A model generated the notes under the pieces. That model was not told the origin of the DNA. It was given only the letters and a program-made list of their open reading frames with translations, and searched no databases. Made by a program: the position numbers and the translations under genes. A DNA stretch of 58,119 nt, from positions 1 to 58,119 of the IMG/VR virus record IMGVR_UViG_3300035670_000245; one strand, given 5' to 3'. The DNA comes from a virus (Duplodnaviria > Caudoviricetes). Below are positions 37,448 through 45,763 of the stretch, piece after piece; position 1 is the stretch's first letter, and every line of letters begins with the position of its first letter.

Positions 37448-39427
37448 CTATCGTCTATCAAAGAGAGCGTACTCAAGGGTTGCAGCATCCAAAGAAAAAG
37501 AAGGGTTAGTGTCATTGCTTGTGTATTCCAGTGAAGCATTAAACCCTGAACCAATAACTTGCGTCATGAACATATTGGTAAACTTACCACCGTATACTGT
37601 AGTGCCATAAGAAGTGGAAGAGTTATCATATAAACCCCCACTAGTCAGTGTGTTAATTAAATTTATAGAGTTTGGCTGTATAATATTTACTTGGTCAAGA
37701 TCTAACTTAAGATTAAACTTAATATTAACAGAACCTTCAGGGTCTGTGTACAAAGTCATCTTATAAAAAGTCTTTCTTAACTGCGGATCTTGTACTGGAA
37801 TAAAAGGTGTAGCAAAAATAGCTTGAATGTTTGCACCATCAAAGCTGTACCCATCTTCCATTTGGTACACATACCCAGAATCATTTGCAAATAAGATAGT
37901 TTCTGTTTTGCTTTTATACAAGTAGTCAGATACATAAGACTTAATACCACGGATATCTGCCCAACCGTAATAAACACCACCTTCACCGATAAGCTGTGTG
38001 CCTATGATACCTGCAGCAGAAGATGAAGTAATGTTATTTGCATAGCCAAATATACGGTACTGCGACTTGCTTTTAATTACAACAGAAGAAAACGATGTAC
38101 TGTTTTGCGTAATATCTGTAATTTCTTTTTGTATTTGTTTAGACACACTGGCAATATTAAAGTCACCAATCTTATCTGTTGCACTCAATAGCCTCAGACC
38201 ATCTGGCCCAAGAAACATAATGTCACTGCCGACTTCTTGAATTGTATCTTCGTCAACGCAACCAATGTTTTCTGTAATTGGCTGCAACACAAAATCAGCA
38301 AGTGTGTTTCCTGTAAGCCTACTTATTTTATTTTCACTAAATATAATAAGCTGTTCACGGAAAGTAATTATACCTGTAATTCTACTACCTACAGAAATAA
38401 CACCTGCACCGTTTGCTACATTAAAGTCTGTATCTGTATACGGGGCAGTAAATGAAAGCTTGTCGCCTTTAGCAAAAAACATTTGGTTCTTATGAAAGAC
38501 CACATGTGCTGCTGCATATACATCTGACGGTGCGCTATTTAATTGAGTGTATGTAGTGCCATCCCAAATAAAAGGGTAATTAGCCCCGTCTACACTTACA
38601 ATCTTTTCAGTAGTAGCAATTCTATACTTAAAAAATCTAGACTTGTTTGTAGTTGTTCTATTGGCTGTCAGAAATGTTATTACTGCATTATCTGCTGGGC
38701 TACTGTCTAAATTAGGGCTAATAGAAATTGTAGCAGCACCAGCAGTTACAGTAGGTGTAGCAGTTACTGTGTATATTAAATCTACACCAGCTATTGTAAA
38801 AGTGTCACCGGCTTGTGGTACTGCAGTTAATCCATCTGCAGCAAGGGTTCCTCCAGTCTGAGATCCACCTGCTACTAATACAGTACCATACGAAGGTACG
38901 TTAATCCGGGTCCAAGAGGTGCCAGTAGAAGAATAGACATTGTTGTTCCGTACAGCAATGCCGTATGTTTCCCAGGCAGCTACACCCCTAATCAACCCAG
39001 TATTTGTTGTAAAACTAATAGCAGCTTTATCTGTAGGGCTGCTATCTAAAGAGGTAGTTAAAGTTAAAGTAGCCCGTTTAGTAGCAGAGTCATACGAAAC
39101 ACCACCAGTTGCAATTGTATATGTACCAGTAACCCCTGCTATAGTAAACGAATCGCCAACAGATGGTGCTAAATACAGATTGGCAATAACTAAAGTAGTC
39201 CCAGTCTGACTGCCACCATGTACTAAAGGACTGCCATAAGACGGCACAATAGAAGAGCTAAACTTAGTGTAACCTAGTATCTTTTTATAACCGCCATCGA
39301 CAGATGGTTCAAAGTTACGCAGTATCCTTGCAGATCCTGGCGCTTGAATACCATGCTGCAAAGGAGACAGGTTGGTAATCAACCCACCAGAAAACTGAAT
39401 CGGTAGTGTCTGCCAACCGTCAGCCAT
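37448..39427 (-). CDS. Tail tubular/nozzle (stabilisation) protein
   Basis: 659 aa beta-rich, follows adaptor; IGC...TIQE.G.D..FL..DG. Confidence 0.7.
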   Translation of the reverse strand: MADGWQTLPIQFSGGLITNLSPLQHGIQAPGSARILRNFEPSVDGGYKKILGYTKFSSSIVPSYGSPLVHGGSQTGTTLVIANLYLAPSVGDSFTIAGVTGTYTIATGGVSYDSATKRATLTLTTSLDSSPTDKAAISFTTNTGLIRGVAAWETYGIAVRNNNVYSSTGTSWTRINVPSYGTVLVAGGSQTGGTLAADGLTAVPQAGDTFTIAGVDLIYTVTATPTVTAGAATISISPNLDSSPADNAVITFLTANRTTTNKSRFFKYRIATTEKIVSVDGANYPFIWDGTTYTQLNSAPSDVYAAAHVVFHKNQMFFAKGDKLSFTAPYTDTDFNVANGAGVISVGSRITGIITFREQLIIFSENKISRLTGNTLADFVLQPITENIGCVDEDTIQEVGSDIMFLGPDGLRLLSATDKIGDFNIASVSKQIQKEITDITQNSTSFSSVVIKSKSQYRIFGYANNITSSSAAGIIGTQLIGEGGVYYGWADIRGIKSYVSDYLYKSKTETILFANDSGYVYQMEDGYSFDGANIQAIFATPFIPVQDPQLRKTFYKMTLYTDPEGSVNIKFNLKLDLDQVNIIQPNSINLINTLTSGGLYDNSSTSYGTTVYGGKFTNMFMTQVIGSGFNASLEYTSNDTNPSFSLDAATLEYALFDRR

Positions 39428-40149
39428 TAAGAAATCCTAAATGAATATGCGGTACGCCTATTTTGTTGTATCGCTGTTGAACGGACATACTCATATCTGT
39501 TGATAAGTATAGTCCTCATGTTTTTAATCCCAGCTTCAAACTTACGCATTGCTATTGCCGCAGCTTGCTCATTACTACGAAACATATAAGCATGGTACAT
39601 AGCACCTTCAACAATTACATGCCGATAAATCTCAGGTATTGTAGGTACGTCCGTAGCACCAATTAACTCTACCGTTGTAGAGTAATATTCATACACAATT
39701 TTGTATGCTTTATCAGGTGCGGGTACTATACCAAATTCTAGCCCAGGGGAACGAAAAACGTACCTGGGTAAATCCCGCAAGCTTGTGTCTGTATTATACT
39801 CTTGGTCTACAAACTTTTCAAGATAATCTTCGTAGTTAAGTACTTTTAATTTTTCAGTTCTGTTGTCTAACGTATCATCATGCTTAATGCGAAACGTGTC
39901 TATGTCAATAGTCCGAGCATAGGTAGGAAAGGCATAACGAGTTGTGCCAGGAGTTAAAGTTTCTTCTGTCTCTACGTAATTAAAGGGCCATTCAAACTGC
40001 TGTTGATTAATATCTTGAATGGCAGAATTAACAGCGTCTTTGGCCTGGGAATAAAAACCAGTGGCGTTAGCAAAGTTAGACTCAGTCAACTCGACTTCAT
40101 TAAGCCGTTTGTTAACGTCATTGACAAGCCCTAAAAAGTTATAAGCCAT
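39427..40149 (-). CDS. Head-tail adaptor (tail tubular protein A-like)
   Basis: LVN.V..RLNE, WPF, P.PDKAY, P.IPE.Y. Confidence 0.7.
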   Translation of the reverse strand: MAYNFLGLVNDVNKRLNEVELTESNFANATGFYSQAKDAVNSAIQDINQQQFEWPFNYVETEETLTPGTTRYAFPTYARTIDIDTFRIKHDDTLDNRTEKLKVLNYEDYLEKFVDQEYNTDTSLRDLPRYVFRSPGLEFGIVPAPDKAYKIVYEYYSTTVELIGATDVPTIPEIYRHVIVEGAMYHAYMFRSNEQAAAIAMRKFEAGIKNMRTILINRYEYVRSTAIQQNRRTAYSFRIS

Positions 40150-40466
40150 TAGTATTCCTTAACCCGTAATTTAACAGTACGTTCAGATACAGTACCTGTG
40201 CTGTCTGTTATATTACAATAAAATTTATATTCTGTGTTATTAGTACCGAGGCCCAGGTTAATAGTAGTTACTTGGCCTGAAGTTGTAGGTGCAACATTTT
40301 GTATGCCATTAACAACGGCACCAGAAGGTATTAAAGTTTTTGTCCCGGTTGCATCATCGACATACCAGGATACATTTGTAATAGATGCAGAGCCAAGGTA
40401 CCTAGACCAGTCTATACTGTAGTCTAGCGTTTCGTCTGGATCTTTATTAGGCCATCTAAAAGACAC
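40149..40466 (-). CDS. Virion structural protein (KDPDE.LDY..DW family)
   Basis: N-terminal motif common in tail modules; start probably GTG. Confidence 0.65.
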   Translation of the reverse strand: MSFRWPNKDPDETLDYSIDWSRYLGSASITNVSWYVDDATGTKTLIPSGAVVNGIQNVAPTTSGQVTTINLGLGTNNTEYKFYCNITDSTGTVSERTVKLRVKEY

Positions 40467-40480
40467 AATGAATCCTTTAT

Positions 40481-41140
40481 TTATTGTCCAGCAGGAACAA
40501 TAACTGTACGCTCTTTTGAAGAAGGTTTTCTTGGAACATATGCAGTTCTATTTCTGCTATATTGAGATGCTACAGAGTTAAAATTAAAAGAGGTAGTTGT
40601 TATTGTAAGATTGCCTGCAATTAATACCGCTATGTTTGTAGGTGAAGTAATAACTTCATTTTCTAATATTACGACAGTGCCTACATTAGTTGTACCAAAA
40701 ACACCTGTTAGAGTTACAGTAGCCTTAGCAATAACATTAACAGAGCCGACAAATCCTGTAGCGACAAAGCCTGAAACATCTATGTAGTTATTTGTCTCTA
40801 GCGTTACAGTGCCTACCTCAGCAGTACCAAAAACACCAGTTAAAGGTACGGTGTTATTTGTTTTTTGTGTTACTGTACCTATAGACCCAGTAGCTTCTGC
40901 TCCCGTAGGTACAACAATTGCCTCAGCACTTACACTAACATTGCCTACAAAACTATCTAATGGATCTGTGTTTGGTGTATCAATTAAATGTAATGCATCA
41001 GCTTGTATTTCTAAAGTATCATTTAAAACAAAACTAGCATTAACACCATCAACAAATACAGTTACGCTAGCAACTCCGTACTGCGAAGTTCCATATATAC
41101 CTATGCCATATACAGCACCAGATCCTATAGAACTAGGCAC
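40481..41140 (-). CDS. Beta-rich virion protein
   Basis: YG.G.YG...YG and TG..GTV repeats. Confidence 0.6.
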   Translation of the reverse strand: MPSSIGSGAVYGIGIYGTSQYGVASVTVFVDGVNASFVLNDTLEIQADALHLIDTPNTDPLDSFVGNVSVSAEAIVVPTGAEATGSIGTVTQKTNNTVPLTGVFGTAEVGTVTLETNNYIDVSGFVATGFVGSVNVIAKATVTLTGVFGTTNVGTVVILENEVITSPTNIAVLIAGNLTITTTSFNFNSVASQYSRNRTAYVPRKPSSKERTVIVPAGQ

Positions 41141-41148
41141 AGTTGTCC

Positions 41149-41592
41149 TTAAGCAATACGAATGATTGCGTTAGAAGCGTCAGCAGTAGGGAATTGAATT
41201 ACAAAGTCACCGGCAGTAGATGTTTTATCCCCACCAAAAGCAAGCACACAAACGGCATCTGTAGTGCCTGTGCCACCAGCAGTAGTGGTATTATAAATCA
41301 AAGCACCATTTGCAGTAATGGTAGCAGTTGACCAAGTAACATCAGCAAAGTCTACATAGCCGGTAGTGCCACTAGTACTTACCCCGTTATTAGTAAGTGC
41401 ATTGCCACCAGCACTGTAACCTACGCCACTTACCTCGTTAGTGACAGAGTAGTCCGTAGTGCTTGCACCTAGCGTAGCAGAACTGGTGTAGAGGGCAATT
41501 TTAAAACTATGCCCAGTTGAAGCAGAAAAATTATGTTTCCCCTCAAGGAGTTCTCCCTTGAAAGAAGTACACATTGCTGTGGTAATTGCCAC
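41149..41592 (-). CDS. Conserved virion structural protein
   Basis: MCTSFK.ELL, FKIALYTSSA, GYSAGG..L, FGGDKTST.G.F. Confidence 0.7.
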   Translation of the reverse strand: MAITTAMCTSFKGELLEGKHNFSASTGHSFKIALYTSSATLGASTTDYSVTNEVSGVGYSAGGNALTNNGVSTSGTTGYVDFADVTWSTATITANGALIYNTTTAGGTGTTDAVCVLAFGGDKTSTAGDFVIQFPTADASNAIIRIA

Positions 41593-41594
41593 TG

Positions 41595-41831
41595 TTATCT
41601 CCTTGAAAGTAAATACCGTTCGTTAGATTGAACGGCTTGCGTTATATAATACTCAATAACTTTTTGAATATTATTCTTAAAGGCTACTGCTTGATCTCGT
41701 ATTGGACCCTCAGTCTTATCGCCTACATACATTATTTTATCTGCAGCTAATTTAGCCCACTGCTCTGCAGATAAAGGGCCATTACTACTAGCCATCACAT
41801 TGATTGAACCTACTTGAAAATCACCGAGCAT
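41595..41831 (-). CDS. Hypothetical protein
   Basis: IRDQAVAF pattern; coupled. Confidence 0.65.
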   Translation of the reverse strand: MLGDFQVGSINVMASSNGPLSAEQWAKLAADKIMYVGDKTEGPIRDQAVAFKNNIQKVIEYYITQAVQSNERYLLSRR

Positions 41832-42493
41832 TATATATTCGCCATTGCATTTGCAAGTTTAAGATCATACGGAGTATTTATATCAATTGCTTCTAACTCA
41901 GAAGTCTTAAACAAATAGGGACGCTTGCCGAAAAAGTAACTATTATTCTTCATAGCTTGATGGGGCTGTATAAAAAATGCCCCTGTCTGCTTGTAGTAAG
42001 CTGGTAGTTCTTTGGCAAGCGTGTGTTTTTCTTTGTATGGATTATAGTTTAACGGGTAGTAATTAGGTGTCCATAAATGTTCTTGGATAGCTAACACCGA
42101 TACTAAACTATCAAACCCTTTTAACTGTTCATTTAAAAAAGTTTTAATGGCACTGTCGTATGTAGCACCTCCAACAAATGGGTTTGTTACATGTACCCAT
42201 ACGACAATGTCAGCATCTACTCTTTTAACAAAATCTGCAATCATCATGTTTGCTGATGCCACAGACTCGTCACAGCATACTGGATCTCTGTATACTACGT
42301 TTACTTTATGCTTGTCAGCTTCTCTAGCTAACTCGTCACCGTCTGTGCCAACGTATATATCTGTTATAAACTTAGACTCTTTTAACTGAAATAGTTTCCT
42401 GCCCAATAAAGTTTCAGCACCTATTCTGCATAAATTCTTATTAGGTATTCGTGTGCTACCTTTTCTTACAGGAACTAACGCAGCTATTTTCAT
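41831..42493 (-). CDS. Acylneuraminate cytidylyltransferase-like (NeuA/CMAS family)
   Basis: PVRKGSTRIPNKN, V.TD, TNPF, QTGAF, IDINTPYD. Confidence 0.8.
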   Translation of the reverse strand: MKIAALVPVRKGSTRIPNKNLCRIGAETLLGRKLFQLKESKFITDIYVGTDGDELAREADKHKVNVVYRDPVCCDESVASANMMIADFVKRVDADIVVWVHVTNPFVGGATYDSAIKTFLNEQLKGFDSLVSVLAIQEHLWTPNYYPLNYNPYKEKHTLAKELPAYYKQTGAFFIQPHQAMKNNSYFFGKRPYLFKTSELEAIDINTPYDLKLANAMANI

Positions 42494-42855
42494 TTATCTA
42501 CAGAAGAATCCATCATTCTAGAGTACTGCACTATTTGCAATTTATCCCATGAGGTTTCTACAAAGATTGCTGATATCCTTTTGTACCCATGTTTAATTGC
42601 ATAATCTACTCTTGTATTACCTATATAACACTTATACTTCTTTATAGTCCCTGGCTTTATTATAATAGGCCATTTCATTCCACCAGAATCTATTGATTCT
42701 TTTAGACGAACTAAACAATCAGGGTCAGCTTTGGCATACCTGTCTAGTTCTGTTTCTAAGTCCTGGATATTTACTAACTCTATTTTCCACCCAGGTACTA
42801 TGCATCTACAAACTAAATCCACAATATAAATAGGGTGACCCCTTGTGAGGGCCAC
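42490..42855 (-). CDS. ParB/Sulfiredoxin-like small protein (start uncertain)
   Basis: LKESI...GMKWPII...IGNTR..YA...GY. Confidence 0.55.
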   Translation of the reverse strand: MALTRGHPIYIVDLVCRCIVPGWKIELVNIQDLETELDRYAKADPDCLVRLKESIDSGGMKWPIIIKPGTIKKYKCYIGNTRVDYAIKHGYKRISAIFVETSWDKLQIVQYSRMMDSSVDK

Positions 42856-42860
42856 CCCAA
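42831..42860 (-). terminator. Terminator-like hairpin after capsid/decoration genes
   Basis: GGGTGGCCCT-CACA-AGGGGTCACCC then TATTT on the - strand. Confidence 0.5.
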
Positions 42861-42871
42861 GTTGCTAGCTA

Positions 42872-43393
42872 TTAAGCAAGCTGGTCACGATCTACTTCAT
42901 CGGTAGCGGCTTGAATGCTATTGCAATCAACAACAATTGCAAACACACGAAGCTTACCGGTAGTTACGTTACCCGTTACAGCCAGCTTAACGTCAATCGT
43001 GTCAGCGGTAGTGACAAACTGCGTGTAAGCAGGGCTGCTAGTGCCGATAACAGTACCGTTAGTACCACCAGCAAGGTAGCCGGTAGAAGAAACAGACTGA
43101 CCGTCAACAATGTCATCGCCAGCAGCGAAGTCAATGTCTACGGTGGGGCTAGTGCCGTTGAATGCCGTAAGAACTTCTGCACCAGCAGCAACAACCAGCG
43201 TACCGGCAGGTACCGTAAGCAGTTCAAAAATATCGCCAGTAACTGCGGCAGAAAAAGCACCTGCACGAACCAGCTTGGCAATATCAAGAGTTGCTTCAAT
43301 CATGTAAGTCTGGTTCCGTACATCAGGGTACGTACCGGCAGTTTCTTTGCCGCCCCCTGCAACAGTACCGTTGGTTAGGTTATAAGTAGCCAT
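42872..43393 (-). CDS. Capsid decoration/minor capsid protein
   Basis: Directly after MCP with AGGAGG SD; beta-rich; DEVDRD.LA end. Confidence 0.6.
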   Translation of the reverse strand: MATYNLTNGTVAGGGKETAGTYPDVRNQTYMIEATLDIAKLVRAGAFSAAVTGDIFELLTVPAGTLVVAAGAEVLTAFNGTSPTVDIDFAAGDDIVDGQSVSSTGYLAGGTNGTVIGTSSPAYTQFVTTADTIDVKLAVTGNVTTGKLRVFAIVVDCNSIQAATDEVDRDQLA

Positions 43394-43411
43394 TTTCTAA
43401 ATTCCTCCTAA

Positions 43412-44488
43412 TTAAACACCAAGGTTGTAACGAGCAACGGTCAGACCTTCAGGACGTAGAATCTTACGTCCATACAGGTGCATACCACGCACAATGTCAG
43501 CAAAGCTGTCGGGATCACGATAGCTTTCAGTCTTGGTGATCTGCTGCGCCGAAGCAACAGCACTGGAGTGACCAGCAACAATAATACCGTAGTTGGAGGA
43601 CTGAGCGCCAGCATTGCTGGTGGACGGGCCAGTACCAACCTTGGGAAGGCTGTTAGAAACATAGACTTTGAAGCCATGCAGATTGTTAAGAACAAGACCA
43701 TTCTGCAGACCCGATCCACCGAAATCACCATTCAGAAGACGGCTATCCTCATCCTTAAGGATCTCGTAGAACACAGGGTCAATAACCAACCAGCGACCAG
43801 CCTGATCGACAAACTGGGTATCCAGCAAGCGGCTCATACGAGCAATAACTTGCAGGGGGCTAACCAGCGTAGCCGACAGAGTGGTTTCGCCAGGAAGGCG
43901 GGGGCCAAGGGGAATCGAATCACCAGCAGTACCATCAGTGGTAAGCTGACCAGCAAAGCTAGTACGATCCAACTTCATGGAAGAAAGCAGTTCATCCGAA
44001 CCAGCAGAAGCTACAGCCTTCGTTCCAGGGGCCGTAGTACGTGCCGTAGAAGCGGGGGCATTCTTAGCAGACTGTTGGAAGCCGCAGAGATAGCCAAGGA
44101 TGTCAGCGTCAAACTGGTCACGCAAGCGATAAGCAGCACGATCAGAGGCCAGCGACATGAAGTTCACATGGCTGTGAGCAGCCTCAATGTCATCAATCTT
44201 AAAGGCAAAGTAGTTTGCCTGATCGACAACCAGGGTGAAATCCTCGTCATCCAGATCCTGAGCCGTGATTTGCGTACCACGTGCATAGTTCTTAACGGTG
44301 ATCTCAGGCTCTTTGATGATCTTAACAGAGTCACCAAAGTTAGAAATCTCACCGAAGTAATCGGAGTTAGTAATAGCTTCTACAACGGAAGCACGGCGAA
44401 ACGCAAGCTGTACTTGCTTGGAATAAATGACTGGCGAAAAGTTGCCATTGGGTAGATTGCCGTATCCTGCGGCGGTGGGAAATGCCAT
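43412..44488 (-). CDS. Major capsid protein
   Basis: GNFSPVIYSKQV, YFGEI...GD.VKI..EP, F.DIVRGMHLYG.KILRPE; AGGAGG SD. Confidence 0.9.
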   Translation of the reverse strand: MAFPTAAGYGNLPNGNFSPVIYSKQVQLAFRRASVVEAITNSDYFGEISNFGDSVKIIKEPEITVKNYARGTQITAQDLDDEDFTLVVDQANYFAFKIDDIEAAHSHVNFMSLASDRAAYRLRDQFDADILGYLCGFQQSAKNAPASTARTTAPGTKAVASAGSDELLSSMKLDRTSFAGQLTTDGTAGDSIPLGPRLPGETTLSATLVSPLQVIARMSRLLDTQFVDQAGRWLVIDPVFYEILKDEDSRLLNGDFGGSGLQNGLVLNNLHGFKVYVSNSLPKVGTGPSTSNAGAQSSNYGIIVAGHSSAVASAQQITKTESYRDPDSFADIVRGMHLYGRKILRPEGLTVARYNLGV

Positions 44489-44752
44489 GATATTTGTCCT
44501 CCTAAGACAATGTAAAAGATAAAATAATCTTAAGCTATTCTAAGATAGCCTAAATTAAAATACGCTTACACACTTACTACAGAGGCTGGCATCATTTGGT
44601 GCGTTTATACTTGAGCGCCCCCAAGCATAATACGGGCAAATATGTTACAGGTAATTCTGTGTTCGTTGTTTTGCGTTACAAGTTTTAAATTTGCCGGGGG
44701 CCATTACTGGGGCGGCATCGGGAGCAAAGATGTATGCCTACACCTTTGTCCC
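44489..44752 (-). promoter_or_regulatory. Long structured 5' leader of the capsid gene
   Basis: About 260 nt non-coding with several nested stems downstream of a promoter. Confidence 0.55.
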
Positions 44753-44755
44753 GTA

Positions 44756-44783
44756 GTTATACCTACTTATTTAGATTTGTCAA
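44756..44783 (-). promoter_or_regulatory. Sigma70-type late promoter
   Basis: TTGACA-N16-TATAAC(TAC). Confidence 0.65.
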
Positions 44784-44787
44784 GTAC

Positions 44788-45657
44788 TTATCGTGCAGAA
44801 CCTGATAAATCGTAAATAAACTTACCAGACTTGATTGCAGCCACAATTTCTTCCTGCCTTGATTCATACTCACGGGCAGACATCCGTTCTACGTCTGACT
44901 CTTTAATGTAGCCTGAACCCTCCTTCTGACTCGGTGATGATCCACGGGAAGGCATCACACTCTTAGCTGCATCCCGAGAGTTAGGCTGGTCTTTCCGTTT
45001 CTTATCAATCCCCATGTCTGCCTTATACAAATCAATTGCACGGGCAGCGGATCTGGCATCTGTTTCATTCTCATACAAAGCCTGCTGAACCCAGTTAGGT
45101 TGCTTGTCCACCCACTCATGGAAATCGTCTGTGTCCCGAATAACGTCAAAGTCAGGGTGCAACCGCATCAGTTCAGCCTCAGCCTTTTCTTTCTTGGCTG
45201 TATAGGCCATGTTGTCAATCTCTTTTAGCCGATCCTCAATGGTCTTAGCTTGTTCCTGGGCTTTCTTGATTGCAATTGTTTCTACAATCTTAGCTACATC
45301 AGGGTATTCTTTAGCCCACTGCTCTAGTTCTTCTTCAGACTTAGGCAGCTTAATTTGCTGCTTAGTGGACATCTCAAGCTGAGATTTTAATTCGTCAATC
45401 TGTTTCTGTAGTTCTGCTTCTTTCTTTTGGGAGTGCCGCCGAAGATCTCCATATCGTTTCTTAAAATTTCCTTCTTCTTTGTTGGCAGGATCTTCGTCTT
45501 CCTCTTCAGCCTGGGTATTCTTTGAGGTTTCAATTAGACTCTTTAACTCCTCTTCCTCTTTTTTAATGCGCTCTTCAAGAGCAGAACGAGTAGCAAAACC
45601 AGTATTGGGTTTAATAGCTACAGCCTTGGGTGTAGTATCTACGACAGCTTCAGTCAT
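44788..45657 (-). CDS. Capsid scaffolding protein
   Basis: FKKRYGDLRRH, LPKS.EE, HPDF; coiled-coil; upstream of MCP. Confidence 0.75.
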   Translation of the reverse strand: MTEAVVDTTPKAVAIKPNTGFATRSALEERIKKEEEELKSLIETSKNTQAEEEDEDPANKEEGNFKKRYGDLRRHSQKKEAELQKQIDELKSQLEMSTKQQIKLPKSEEELEQWAKEYPDVAKIVETIAIKKAQEQAKTIEDRLKEIDNMAYTAKKEKAEAELMRLHPDFDVIRDTDDFHEWVDKQPNWVQQALYENETDARSAARAIDLYKADMGIDKKRKDQPNSRDAAKSVMPSRGSSPSQKEGSGYIKESDVERMSAREYESRQEEIVAAIKSGKFIYDLSGSAR

Positions 45658-45763
45658 CTTCTTTCCTTTTTAATGGGGCTTACCGTAGCCGGTCCTTCCG
45701 GGGGATCAGGTTGCCATATCGGGGATTAAGTTAGTATACCAGTCAGCCCCGCCTGACAGGGTA

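Noticed and set aside
43478-44455. 325-aa + strand ORF
   Set aside because: Antisense shadow of the major capsid gene; no SD or recognisable motifs
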